A stretch of DNA of 64,000 bases from Candidatus Bathyarchaeota archaeon (lineage in GTDB: Archaea > Thermoproteota > Bathyarchaeia > Bathyarchaeales > DTEX01), in the NCBI GenBank assembly GCA_963714275.1, contig CAVQNT010000004.1, positions 63,071 to 127,070 on the forward strand. The letters are read 5' to 3'. The notes beneath the pieces were generated by a model. The model searched no databases. It saw only the letters and a list, made by a program, of their open reading frames with translations, and was not told the DNA's origin. Position numbers and translations under genes: made by a program. Positions 32,353-41,441 of this stretch are shown piece by piece (position 1 is the stretch's first letter; each line of letters begins with the position of its first letter).

Positions 32353-32790
32353 TTATTTTGGTTTTTCTACTAACTGCCCATCCATCTCATAGTTAGTTGG
32401 TGGCATTTCTCTGGATGCTGGTTTAGGACGTGACCACTTATAAGTGATTGCTGAAGGTAAGTATCTTCTCTCATAACGGCAGTTTGGGTTTACACATCTG
32501 GCAAGAATTTCCCAAGAATGCTCGTTTTCTTTTTCCACTCTATGAGTGTAAGAGTATACTCTACGTCCACAGATGCATCGTGGGGGAAATGGAATGATTT
32601 GCTTCGCTAAGCCACAAAGCTTATCGAACTTTGATAGGAGGTCTCCTTTTTCCTGTTGTTCTAGTTGGATTTTCAGCATACGTTCAATGTCAGACCAATG
32701 AGCCTTGGGATTTTGCATTTTTAGTTCAGTAATGAGTCTATGTATTTCAACGATTTCTTCGTTTAGGACCCATTCTCTCGGGCGTTCCAA
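32353..32790 (-). CDS. Hypothetical protein with CxC/CxxC zinc-binding-like pairs
   Basis: 145 aa. PRCICGRR ... ARCVNPNCRY. No family recognised. Lies directly beside the cas1 remnant. Confidence 0.4.
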   Translation of the reverse strand: MERPREWVLNEEIVEIHRLITELKMQNPKAHWSDIERMLKIQLEQQEKGDLLSKFDKLCGLAKQIIPFPPRCICGRRVYSYTHRVEKENEHSWEILARCVNPNCRYERRYLPSAITYKWSRPKPASREMPPTNYEMDGQLVEKPK

Positions 32791-32844
32791 CTTTCCTTAA
32801 TTGCTTCATCGAATAAAGATTGTACTAACTCAGATTTAAGGCTC

Positions 32845-32980
32845 CAATCCAAAATTACATTTAGATAAGAGATAAACTATTGAAACCTTGATTAACGAAG
32901 AGGCTTTGTTATTCGCCAAATTTCTGAGACATGAACGAAAAACATGGACGCCGAGAGTTGCCAATCTAGAAAACCAATGA
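32845..32980 (+). pseudogene. cas1: Cas1 (casposase) 3'-terminal remnant no. 1
   Basis: 32885..32980 translates to TLINEEALLFAKFLRHERKTWTPRVANLENQ*. The intact Cas1 C-terminus is TLINEEALLFAKFLRNERETWIPRTVLP*. Nucleotide similarity continues weakly upstream, with an in-frame stop. There is no start codon and no N-terminal part. Confidence 0.8.
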
Positions 32981-33087
32981 CAGATTAGAGACATCAGCTA
33001 AGCTAGCGCGTGCTTTTGTTGATAGCTTCAGCTCACTGGCTTTGGCTGGATATAATAAGAAAACTAATTTAATCCTCAGGATTCTGT

Positions 33088-35067
33088 CTATGATCCTGTC
33101 AATATTGGAAGCATAAGTAAGGCGGTCATGCCTAGAAGCTTCATGAATATGAGGACAGATGGGCCTGCGACGTCTTTCAGCGGGTCTCCTACGGTGTCGC
33201 CAATTATTGTTGCCCTATGTGTGTCTGATTTCTTTCCTCCGTACAGTCCACTTTCAACTAGTTTCTTGGCATTGTCTAGTAGGGCGCCTGTATTGTTGAA
33301 GAAGAAGCCCAACATGGAAGCGGAAGCTATAGCCCCCATGAGCAACATTCCCAACGCGGTTGGACCGAAGAACATGCCCACAGCGATGGGAGTCGCTATT
33401 GAAATGAGTCCCGGCACCAACATTTTGCTTAGTGCAATTTTTGTTGCTATATCAACACATTTGGCATAATCAGGAGTACCTTTGCCCTCTTTTAGTCCAA
33501 CGATCTCCTTGAATTGGCGTCGTACTTCATCAACCATTCTGAAAGCCCCGTCGGCGGTCGCTCCTATCGTCAGAGAGGCTAATGGTAAAGGCAAGACTAC
33601 GCCCAGGAACAGTGCAGCAATGGGGTATGGAGATGCGACTGAGATTACAGAGATATTGGCTGTCGCGAAATAGGTTGCGAAAATTAAGAAGGCGGTAACT
33701 GTGCCTGATGCCATGGCATAGCCCTTGGTTGCAGCCTTCATAGTGTTGCCAACGGCGTCTAGAGAACTCAAGGTTTCAGAAGCTTGTACTGAGATTCCAG
33801 ACATTTCAGCTATTCCCGCAGCATTATCAATTATTGGGCCGAACGTATCAGCAGCCATAATGAACGCAATAGCAAAATCCGTGCCAATATTTGTTATGAC
33901 TAGTCCATAGAGAGACTCGCCAGTGAGCATGAAAGAAAGTACTACAGCAGCCAAAACTGCGATCATCGGAAGCAAGGGAGTTTCCAATCCAGTCGATATG
34001 CCAGTTATCAAGTTTATGGCAGGGCCTGCTTGCGAGGATTCAGCGACATGATGTACAGGCCCACGCCCCAGACCTGTATAGTGCAGTGTAACTAGGACAC
34101 AAACGAGTACTGCTGCAACACCAAGCAAACCTGCAAAGAATAGTGTCACATCATTCAAAAAAAACTTGGTCAAAAAGAACAAGCCAATCGAGCTGAGGAC
34201 GGCTGTAACCATGAGACCGATAACCAAAGATCCTGTGGCGCTTATCCCCTTCCACTGTCTAACTAAAGATATTCCAAACATGGAAGCTAGAACACCAACA
34301 GCTTCTAGGATGAATGGAAATACTACTCCATTGGGGCCGTATCTCGAAATGAAGAGAACACCCATCAACGAACCAGTTATTATGTCGTCACTAAAAGTCT
34401 GGAATAAATCTGAACCTCGCCCAGCGCAATCGCCTACGTTGTCGCCAACCAAATCGGCGATCACGGCCGGATTTCTCGGGTCATCCTCTGGAATCTCCAT
34501 TTCGATCTTACCCACCAAATCGGCTCCAACATCGGCTGACTTTGTATATATGCCCCCTCCGATTTGTGCAAACAATGCCGTGAGGCTTGCTCCAAATCCA
34601 AACCCTACAAGCGCTGAAATATCATTCAAGGCGGTTCGCAACAGGAATAGCGCAACAAGACTTATACCTGGAACCACCAGACCCATAACTGAACCTCCAA
34701 GGAAGCCCGTTCTCAAAGTTTCCCTTGGTGAAAGTACAGCAGCGTTTGCTGTTCTTACGTTTGTTCTTACTGCAACGTTCATGCCGATGTACCCTGCTAA
34801 TAAGGAGAGAAGGACACCACAAACAAAAGATAACGAAGTAGTCCAATTGAAAACGAAGAGAATTATTATAACTAACCAAGGAATGACAAGAATAATAGTT
34901 TTTAATTGTCTCTTAAGGTAGACGTTTGTTCCTATTACAATGTATCTACTCACTTCTCGCATGCGAGCTGTGCCAGAATCTTTTTTAAGAATCCAACGAG
35001 TGATATAAGACGCTGCCAAAATGGCAATCATCCCAACGCTGAAGGCAAACAAGAGTGGATCTGTCAT
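33088..35067 (-). CDS. hppA: Membrane-bound H+(or Na+)-translocating pyrophosphatase
   Basis: 659 aa, polytopic. GGIYTKSADVGADLVGK, DNVGDCAGRGSDLF, GDTVGDPLKD. Confidence 0.93.
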   Translation of the reverse strand: MTDPLLFAFSVGMIAILAASYITRWILKKDSGTARMREVSRYIVIGTNVYLKRQLKTIILVIPWLVIIILFVFNWTTSLSFVCGVLLSLLAGYIGMNVAVRTNVRTANAAVLSPRETLRTGFLGGSVMGLVVPGISLVALFLLRTALNDISALVGFGFGASLTALFAQIGGGIYTKSADVGADLVGKIEMEIPEDDPRNPAVIADLVGDNVGDCAGRGSDLFQTFSDDIITGSLMGVLFISRYGPNGVVFPFILEAVGVLASMFGISLVRQWKGISATGSLVIGLMVTAVLSSIGLFFLTKFFLNDVTLFFAGLLGVAAVLVCVLVTLHYTGLGRGPVHHVAESSQAGPAINLITGISTGLETPLLPMIAVLAAVVLSFMLTGESLYGLVITNIGTDFAIAFIMAADTFGPIIDNAAGIAEMSGISVQASETLSSLDAVGNTMKAATKGYAMASGTVTAFLIFATYFATANISVISVASPYPIAALFLGVVLPLPLASLTIGATADGAFRMVDEVRRQFKEIVGLKEGKGTPDYAKCVDIATKIALSKMLVPGLISIATPIAVGMFFGPTALGMLLMGAIASASMLGFFFNNTGALLDNAKKLVESGLYGGKKSDTHRATIIGDTVGDPLKDVAGPSVLIFMKLLGMTALLMLPILTGS

Positions 35068-35395
35068 AATAATTCCCTTAGATTCGTTTGGTTCCTTTGA
35101 CTATCCAGTAGCGCGCGCTCCGTAGAGGAGTTGGTCACATTTTTTCCCTTCCATGCGTTGGCTTTGTCAAAAGAAAGGATCCCCTTGATAAGGTTGTCTC
35201 CGAATGGTCCAAAACTGACTTATTAGTTATGGTCTTGAGGACTATGAAACCCGAGACCCAGTAGAAGTCTACCCCAAAGATTGTTTCACAGCATTAATAC
35301 AAAAATTAGCCAGGTAGCTCAGCTTCAAAGCCCTTAGAATTAATCTTTTGACGTTGAGGCTTACGACACTTTTTGGATTGGGCCTGATGCTTCCG

Positions 35396-35845
35396 CTATT
35401 TTTCGAAGACATCAGGAGTTGGGTAGTGATTTCGTCCTATTGCTTCAAGTATGTCGTCGGTGAGAGTTTTCTTGCTTAGGTATCTAGCGAAGTCTGTGGC
35501 GGTTATTATTCCAACCGACTTGTTATCCTTTATTACAGGAAGGCGTCGGATTTTCTTGTTGACCATTCTTCTAGCAGCTTCTTTAATCGGAGTTTCTGAA
35601 TCTATTACTCTGAGTGGGGTGCTCATCACATCTGAAACTCTAGTGTCCGCCGATTTTCCCTCCGCTAAGACTCTCCGTACAAAATCCCGTTCAGTGACGA
35701 TCCCGACGGGCGCATTGTTCTCTATGACCACCAAGTCGCCTACGTTATTCTGCGACATTAGGACTGCAGCGTCAATAATAGTCTTGTTAACATCAATGGT
35801 TACAACGTTCTTTGCCATTAAATCCTTGACTTTGATCGTCATCAC
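35396..35845 (-). CDS. CBS-domain pair protein
   Basis: 149 aa, two CBS repeats (VVTIDVNKTIIDAAVLM.., VGIVTERD, RLPVIKDNKSVGIITATD). Confidence 0.85.
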   Translation of the reverse strand: MMTIKVKDLMAKNVVTIDVNKTIIDAAVLMSQNNVGDLVVIENNAPVGIVTERDFVRRVLAEGKSADTRVSDVMSTPLRVIDSETPIKEAARRMVNKKIRRLPVIKDNKSVGIITATDFARYLSKKTLTDDILEAIGRNHYPTPDVFEK

Positions 35846-35933
35846 TTTTCAATAGTAATTGATCATATAAAAATTTTCCCCATCTTTGATTTTGATTTCT
35901 AGTATTGGACGTTGGGCAGTTTTTCGTGCTTCT

Positions 35934-36176
35934 AGCTAGCTATTTGTGTGTGTTTTTTGTTTGTGTTTTTTAGAGAGAGTGTATGTATGTGAGTGAATGA
36001 GAGAAGGAAAGCAAGAGCGTATAAGAGAATTAGTGTGTGTGGGGATTAAATTTTAATCTTTCTCTCTCTCTCGTACGTGTTCTCGTTCTTTCCCAGATAC
36101 TCCCTTGTATTCCCTCACTCCCACTTACGTATAGCGCGCGCGCACGCACGCACACAACAAGCACACGCACAAAAAA
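35934..36176. repeat. Left terminal inverted repeat (near-perfect core 36042-36176)
   Basis: 36042-36176 is the reverse complement of 41971-42105, with one mismatch (position 36051, the centre of GATTAAATTTTAATC). The outer part, 35934-36041, aligns to the right arm only with indels. Confidence 0.9.
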
Positions 36177-36324
36177 ACACTAGATTCTAGACACATTGAA
36201 CTGTGTATGTATACTTTGGTGCGGGCGGCGTAATTTGAACCGAAGTTTTGTTACCACCATGAAGACCACGCACATACCATATATAACTAGATAATACTTA
36301 TGTGACTTAGAAGGTTATATTGCT

Positions 36325-37134
36325 GTGCGAGTTCCAGAGGAAGTTCGCCAATGTGTTGCATTCATTGGTCTTCCTAACTCAACTGGTCAAGTGAGTTTTA
36401 CGGGTACTGCTTTCTTTGTAGCTATGCCTTTGAGTATAAAAGGTAGGTCGATTTGTTATTTAGTAACCGCTAAGCATGTTGCTGATAAGCTAGAAAACAA
36501 AATATCTTATCTCCGAATAAACACCAAAGACGGAAAATCAATGCCACTCCAACTTGATGAGGTAAGATGGTTTTCTCATCCTACTGATAGCTCGGTTGAC
36601 ATTGCAGTCTTACCCTACTCTCCACCTTTGAATGTTGAATACAAGTTTGTCCCAGTTGATCTGTTTCTCTCGGATGACATAATACAAAAAGAAAATATTG
36701 GTGTCGGCGATGAAGTATTTATTACGGGTCTATTTGCTCATGTGAGCGGCTCTCAAAGAAATCTTCCGATAGTACGAATGGGTAATATCGCCATGATGCC
36801 TGATGAAATCATTCCCACAGATCTGGGTAACATCGAGGCATATTTAATCGAAGCCAGATCTATTGGAGGCTTGAGTGGTTCTCCTGCTTTTGTTCGAGCG
36901 ATATCGGGACGTCGTTATTACTTCCTTGGACTAATGCATGGGCATTGGGAAATCCCTCCATATATGAAGAATGATTTATTGATGAATGAAGAACTTTTTG
37001 GAAAAGTTAATATGGGCATCGCAATTGTCATACCAGCAAAAAGGATATTAGAGGTTCTTAATCAGCCAGAATTGATTGCACGAAGAGAAAGGGCAGAAAG
37101 GAATTTAGAAAAGACTGATAAGAACACCCCTTAA
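36325..37134 (+). CDS. Trypsin-like (chymotrypsin-fold) serine protease
   Basis: 269 aa. Catalytic triad contexts LVTAKHV (His), SVDIAVL (Asp), GGLSGSPAF (Ser). Convergent with cas1; the two stop codons overlap in CTTAAG (37131-37134). Confidence 0.75.
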   Translation: MRVPEEVRQCVAFIGLPNSTGQVSFTGTAFFVAMPLSIKGRSICYLVTAKHVADKLENKISYLRINTKDGKSMPLQLDEVRWFSHPTDSSVDIAVLPYSPPLNVEYKFVPVDLFLSDDIIQKENIGVGDEVFITGLFAHVSGSQRNLPIVRMGNIAMMPDEIIPTDLGNIEAYLIEARSIGGLSGSPAFVRAISGRRYYFLGLMHGHWEIPPYMKNDLLMNEELFGKVNMGIAIVIPAKRILEVLNQPELIARRERAERNLEKTDKNTP

Positions 37135-38165
37135 GGCAAAACAGTTCTCGGAATCCATGTTTCCCTTTCATTCCTCAGAAACTTAGCGAACAGCAAGGCT
37201 TCTTCATTAATCAACGTATTCAGCGTTTGTCTCTTCCCAACCTTGATTCTCGGAATATCAACCATACGTTCAAACAATAACCCTAGAGCCTCAGCCAATT
37301 CATTAGTTTCATATTCGCATAAATGAATCTTTTTTCCCATTCTGAGATGCATCATAAAATCTGTTACAAGCACGAAGTCGTTCTTATGATACCTAGAACA
37401 GCGTTCTATCAATAAATCGTCTATGAGGTAACGGTACAATTCTTGGAAATCGCATACTAAGCTAGGCTTGCCAAACTGTACACTGTGCAAGAAGCCTAAG
37501 TAAGGTTCAAGTTTTGCCTTCAACAGCGCCTTATGAACTCTACATCGCAATACATAGTATCCAAAATTGAAAACGTTGTTTATTCCATCGTAAGCCTTGT
37601 ATGTCATTCTTCTTTTAGGTCTAATCTTTTCAGGAAATAAGCTGAAAATCTGGTTAAAGTAGTGTTCAGAAGACTTTCCTTCAAGACCATTAATTTTCCT
37701 TCTGAAAGATTCATTCCTAGACGATTCCAACCTTTCGATATGGCTTTCTAAATTTGGATCAATAGGCAATAAACCATATTTCCTTAAAACTCTCCTCTGT
37801 CCCTCAATTTTGCATAAAACTAATTGTTTAGTGATATAGACGCTCTTTCCATTCTTCAGAGCTTGATACTGCGCTATCCGAGTTTTGACATGACTATCGT
37901 CTTCAATGTTTTTCAGAACTGCTACAACCCTGTTTTTCTTTGTCATGATATAAGTGTCGATATTCCATAATGCAAGGTCAATTAAAGCGTCAACTGAAAC
38001 GTAATTTCCACTCCTGAGGATGCATTCGCCTATTTCCTTTTCAAAATGTGGATAACGAGTAATATTTCCCGTCTTATCTCGAGATTCAAAACAGCCTTCT
38101 CCCCTACCCAAATAAGAACCATAACCATCTAATGTCAATCGTAAGATTTTTGTACCACGAACCAT
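37131..38165 (-). CDS. cas1: Cas1 family integrase (casposase-like, solo)
   Basis: Intact 344 aa. LTLDGYGSYLGRGEGCF (N-terminal beta domain), LEGKSSEHYF, NNVFNFGYYVLRCRV, LEPYLGFLHS, PSLVCDFQELYRYLIDD (conserved E/H/D-E metal-binding set). Confidence 0.9.
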   Translation of the reverse strand: MVRGTKILRLTLDGYGSYLGRGEGCFESRDKTGNITRYPHFEKEIGECILRSGNYVSVDALIDLALWNIDTYIMTKKNRVVAVLKNIEDDSHVKTRIAQYQALKNGKSVYITKQLVLCKIEGQRRVLRKYGLLPIDPNLESHIERLESSRNESFRRKINGLEGKSSEHYFNQIFSLFPEKIRPKRRMTYKAYDGINNVFNFGYYVLRCRVHKALLKAKLEPYLGFLHSVQFGKPSLVCDFQELYRYLIDDLLIERCSRYHKNDFVLVTDFMMHLRMGKKIHLCEYETNELAEALGLLFERMVDIPRIKVGKRQTLNTLINEEALLFAKFLRNERETWIPRTVLP

Positions 38166-38249
38166 TATATCACCCTCTTTTCATCACATAATCATAACGC
38201 AAAAATAATTTATAAATCTTGTGATGCTAAAGTAATGAGGATGTAGTGA

Positions 38250-38408
38250 ATGAGTCTTAAACTGAAAAGAACCCTGAGTGAATCAGGGCGAACTTTAGTT
38301 CTCCGACTACCAAAAGATGTTGAACGCTCTCTTTCACTTAAAGCTGGAGACCAAATTCATATTTGGGTTGAGAATGGAAGAATCATCATCGAGCCAATAA
38401 CGAGCTAG
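38250..38408 (+). CDS. AbrB/SpoVT(MazE)-like DNA-binding small protein
   Basis: Not in the track (52 aa). MSLKLKRTLSESGRTLVLRLPKDVERSLSLKAGDQIHIWVENGRIIIEPITS, the swapped-hairpin pattern (v.iPk.i...l.l..Gd.v.i....g.iii.p). Divergent from cas1 across an 84-bp AT-rich spacer. Confidence 0.65.
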   Translation: MSLKLKRTLSESGRTLVLRLPKDVERSLSLKAGDQIHIWVENGRIIIEPITS

Positions 38409-38415
38409 TTTCAAA

Positions 38416-38949
38416 TTAGTCTCCGATTTTAATAATGTCCGCAGTATAAGACATTTGAAGTTCATTTAATGTAACTATAGTCATTAACTCCTGCCACTCG
38501 ATCTCACCCAACGAAAGATATTCTCCAGAACCACCATTCTTTAATTCAAACTCAATTTCAGCAACAAAAAGCCCAAGAACCAATCTACAAGAACCGTGAC
38601 TTCGCATTAGACTACGGTATAGAAAGAAACTCTTGAGTTTAAGACTTATATTCAAAGTAGTTTCCAACCACTGCTTCACTTGAACCAAATCTGCAAAATT
38701 GAATTTAACAAAAATAGATTTCCTCATAAATTGTATTAGAACAGAGTAATCTGGATACTTGAAGAAAGTGTAACTTCTAAATGGGATTCTGAAATAGGCT
38801 ATTATTGATTTCTCTCCTGAATTACCTTTATGCGTTACATTATCTTTTATTAAAATGTACACACCTTCTTTGTTCGTAGGCAATTCGATCTCTGTTGAGC
38901 TCTCAAAAGTCACATGCCCGCCTTTGTATACTTCTTTCAATTTGACCAC
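38416..38949 (-). CDS. Hypothetical protein (element cargo)
   Basis: 177-aa ORF, no recognisable motif. Confidence 0.4.
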   Translation of the reverse strand: MVKLKEVYKGGHVTFESSTEIELPTNKEGVYILIKDNVTHKGNSGEKSIIAYFRIPFRSYTFFKYPDYSVLIQFMRKSIFVKFNFADLVQVKQWLETTLNISLKLKSFFLYRSLMRSHGSCRLVLGLFVAEIEFELKNGGSGEYLSLGEIEWQELMTIVTLNELQMSYTADIIKIGD

Positions 38950-39003
38950 CGAAAAACCGACTCGGTTGCAGATACAATATCTTCAGATTATGGTGATATA
39001 AAG

Positions 39004-39219
39004 ATGCGATTGGGTTTAACCGAGAGGCTGAAGGCAGATGCTCTGCGATTTCTAAATCAAACAACATTAGCGATCAGTGTCTCGGATTTAGCCAAAAACC
39101 TGAATGTTTCGTGGTCGACTGCGCGTCAAATCCTAACCGAATTAACGCTTGAAGGAAGAATTGAGTGCCAGAAGACCACCAACTGGAAAATCTACAAACC
39201 TAAAGAAAATGATAGGTAG
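39004..39219 (+). CDS. Winged helix-turn-helix DNA-binding protein
   Basis: Likely start is the Met at 39004 within track ORF 38914..39219. ISVSDLAKNLNVSWSTARQILTELTLEGRIECQKTTNWKIYKP. Confidence 0.6.
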   Translation: MRLGLTERLKADALRFLNQTTLAISVSDLAKNLNVSWSTARQILTELTLEGRIECQKTTNWKIYKPKENDR

Positions 39220-39237
39220 TGTCAGGGAGGCTAAGAT

Positions 39238-39561
39238 GTGAAGGCTGAAAACGAGAATTTAAATGAAATCCTTTGTACAACGGATGAGGACAGAAAAATC
39301 AAACAATATTTGAATGAGCGACTTGGACCAGAACCTGTAGTTGCAGGTTCTAGACGTAGGTGGGATTTCCTACAAAGATGTGCTTTTTACATCTATTCAG
39401 AGAAAGAAGTGTCTTTTGTCTACATAGTTAAGTGGTTTGCCAAAAACGGTGAATGCCTGAAGGTCAGAACGATTCTGGAAGATTACATTCAATACCTAAA
39501 CACTCTGGGAATTGTTGAGTTTAATGTAGGTACAAAGACAGTCAGGTGGAAGCAACAATGA
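39238..39561 (+). CDS. Hypothetical protein with wH-like C-terminus
   Basis: 107 aa. TILEDYIQYLNTLGIVEFNVGTKTVRW. Confidence 0.4.
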   Translation: MKAENENLNEILCTTDEDRKIKQYLNERLGPEPVVAGSRRRWDFLQRCAFYIYSEKEVSFVYIVKWFAKNGECLKVRTILEDYIQYLNTLGIVEFNVGTKTVRWKQQ

Positions 39562-40079
39562 GGTTTAATTTCAGGATTGTGAAGTTCGGATGGACATTTT
39601 TCTTTATGCTGGCTAAGACTCAGAGTTTGGAAGGCTTAACGTCTCTGCTGTCAGATGGCAGACATATAGTAATGTGGGATCTTGAAAACTGCAATCTAGA
39701 AGAAGCTTCAAGGATTTTGATAAGGGTTCAAAGGAAAAATAATCTTAGCCACATTTACATCGTAAGTGATGCCGAAGGCTCTTACCGCGCATGGTGTTTT
39801 TCAAGTGTTACTTTCAAAAAGTTCCTCCGCATCCTTGTAGACTCTCTTGAAATCATAGATTATTCGTTTTTCTATTACACGGTCAAAAGATTAAAGGCAA
39901 CATTGAGAACGAGCAATAAAAAGAAAAGACCGCCTCAACGATTGGTACGCGTTCTAGAATCTTACCCTACAGATTTTCCCATTAAAATGGAGAAAGTCAT
40001 CTATGACACTGGCTTAGTGAAAAGAGGTTACACTATTTCTTTAGGTGATCGGCTTGGATCAATTTCCAGAAGCGTTTAA
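39546..40079 (+). CDS. Hypothetical protein (possible replication-related, speculative)
   Basis: 177 aa (likely start 39558). Acidic HIVMWDLEN and IYIVSDAEGSYRAW segments loosely recall the DxD / sGxGxH spacing of AEP prim-pol proteins, but the His is absent. Confidence 0.35.
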   Translation: MEATMRFNFRIVKFGWTFFFMLAKTQSLEGLTSLLSDGRHIVMWDLENCNLEEASRILIRVQRKNNLSHIYIVSDAEGSYRAWCFSSVTFKKFLRILVDSLEIIDYSFFYYTVKRLKATLRTSNKKKRPPQRLVRVLESYPTDFPIKMEKVIYDTGLVKRGYTISLGDRLGSISRSV

Positions 40080-40348
40080 GCGATTTGAAAAAGTCGTAGA
40101 CACAGAAAACATAAAAAGCTTTGCAAAGTTGCAGTTAGCTTTCCGTTCTTGGGCAGGACGGAATTGGAAAGGTACGCCAAAGCAAAAAGAAGACTCTTAT
40201 GGCTGAAGCCCAAAAACATGGAATCCTGGCTCCGCCTGAAAGAGTGATTGCAACTTGGAGACGTGAAGATGTCAGAGTCGGAACGAAATCTCAAGTTAGA
40301 TACCGAGACATTAAATCAGGGCGCTTCATAAAGAACCCTTTCCAGTAG
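40045..40348 (+). CDS. Possible small gene split by a frameshift (40045..40206 and 40199..40348)
   Basis: Two short protein-like frames, FPEAFKRFEKVVDTENIKSFAKLQLAFRSWAGRNWKGTPKQ and MAEAQKHGILAPPERVIATWRREDVRVGTKSQVRYRDIKSGRF. Neither is in the track (under 60 aa). Confidence 0.25.
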
Positions 40349-40551
40349 TGTCTAAAATCAAATGATACACACAAAAACCCCAAAACAGCGCTTTAGCAAT
40401 GACATTGACATTGTCAAAGGCACTGCTAAGGGCCTTTAAATTGCGTCTATACTGTCTAGAAACTCGATTACTGTCTCTAAATGTCTAGAGATTGGAGTTT
40501 TTGTCTCAGAAAATGTTTTAAAGTCTTAATTTTAAGTAAAATATGATAGAA

Positions 40552-40722
40552 ATGTCTCAACTGACTGAAGTAGAACTTGCTGAAAGGATTATTCTCTTTC
40601 ATGATACCCAGTCACTTAGTTTTCGAAAAATTTCAAGGAAATTGACTGATGAAGGCATACAAGCGAGTAAAGACAAGGTTCGCAAGATCTATCTCCGATA
40701 CAGAGCTGCTAAAGGAATCTGA
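40552..40722 (+). CDS. Small HTH protein
   Basis: 56 aa, not in the track. MSQLTEVELAERIILFHDTQSLSFRKISRKLTDEGIQASKDKVRKIYLRYRAAKGI (resolvase/terminase-small-like HTH). Confidence 0.45.
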   Translation: MSQLTEVELAERIILFHDTQSLSFRKISRKLTDEGIQASKDKVRKIYLRYRAAKGI

Positions 40723-40741
40723 GATAGACCAGAAAGCGGTT

Positions 40742-41296
40742 ATGGACGAAGATCTTAAGGCGTTAGTTGAAAAAGAAAAGGAAGCTCAGAAAAAAGTCGA
40801 GCTTGCAAAAATCAAGAATGAAAAAAGAAGAAACATTTTAGATTTGCGCATTAAGGAGTTGGACTGGAGCCTCGAAGACCGTGAAAGGCTCTTTGCGGAT
40901 AGGCAAGAGCTCTTTTGGCTTATGAAGGAGATTTTGTGTACTCATGAGCCAGCTCTCTGGTTGCGGTTATTGGAATTTTCCAATGAAGAAAATGGGCTGG
41001 TAGATATTGTCCAAGAAGTGATCGGCAGCCAGACTCTCTATGAAGAGATGAGAGTAAGAAATGAAAAGGACAATGTGGAATATCTCCTAAATCATCACGT
41101 TGTATTAAGTATCGAAGACTGGTTGGTTAGTAAGCAAAGCTTCAAGTCAGAGGGATTACCAGAAAAAGCGAAAGGATCAGGGATCACAGAAGGAAGCGAC
41201 GAGGAAGATATTGTTTTAACGATCCCAGTTGATAACAATGTTCGGCGAATATTTCACTATTACAACGTTAAAAGGTCAATGTCATCTAAGTCATAG
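40742..41296 (+). CDS. Hypothetical coiled-coil protein
   Basis: Probable start is the Met at 40742 within track ORF 40649..41296. Charged K/E-rich N-terminus. Confidence 0.4.
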   Translation: MDEDLKALVEKEKEAQKKVELAKIKNEKRRNILDLRIKELDWSLEDRERLFADRQELFWLMKEILCTHEPALWLRLLEFSNEENGLVDIVQEVIGSQTLYEEMRVRNEKDNVEYLLNHHVVLSIEDWLVSKQSFKSEGLPEKAKGSGITEGSDEEDIVLTIPVDNNVRRIFHYYNVKRSMSSKS

Positions 41297-41441
41297 AGGA
41301 AGCATGTGCTAGTTGTATTGTCCTTCAGCCCAAAAAAAGATATTCTGGTAGGTGCTAACTTAACATAAAATATAGGTGCCAACTTCATGCTATCTCACTA
41401 TTTTATTATGGAAAACGACGGTAATAATATCGTGTAAATGG

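Noticed and set aside
34166-34921. Long antisense ORF (251 aa) inside hppA. Similar shadow ORFs: 33128..33469, 12266..12856, 13377..13877, 9266..9712, 1582..1971, 5220..5609, 30070..30522, 35451..35855.
   Set aside because: Each lies entirely opposite a gene with strong family motifs and has a biased, repetitive composition. These are typical shadow ORFs.
40523-40534. CTTAATTTTAAG inside the element as another copy of the terminal module.
   Set aside because: It shares only the AT palindrome character. It lacks the G/T-rich and CT-rich flanks that define the other copies.
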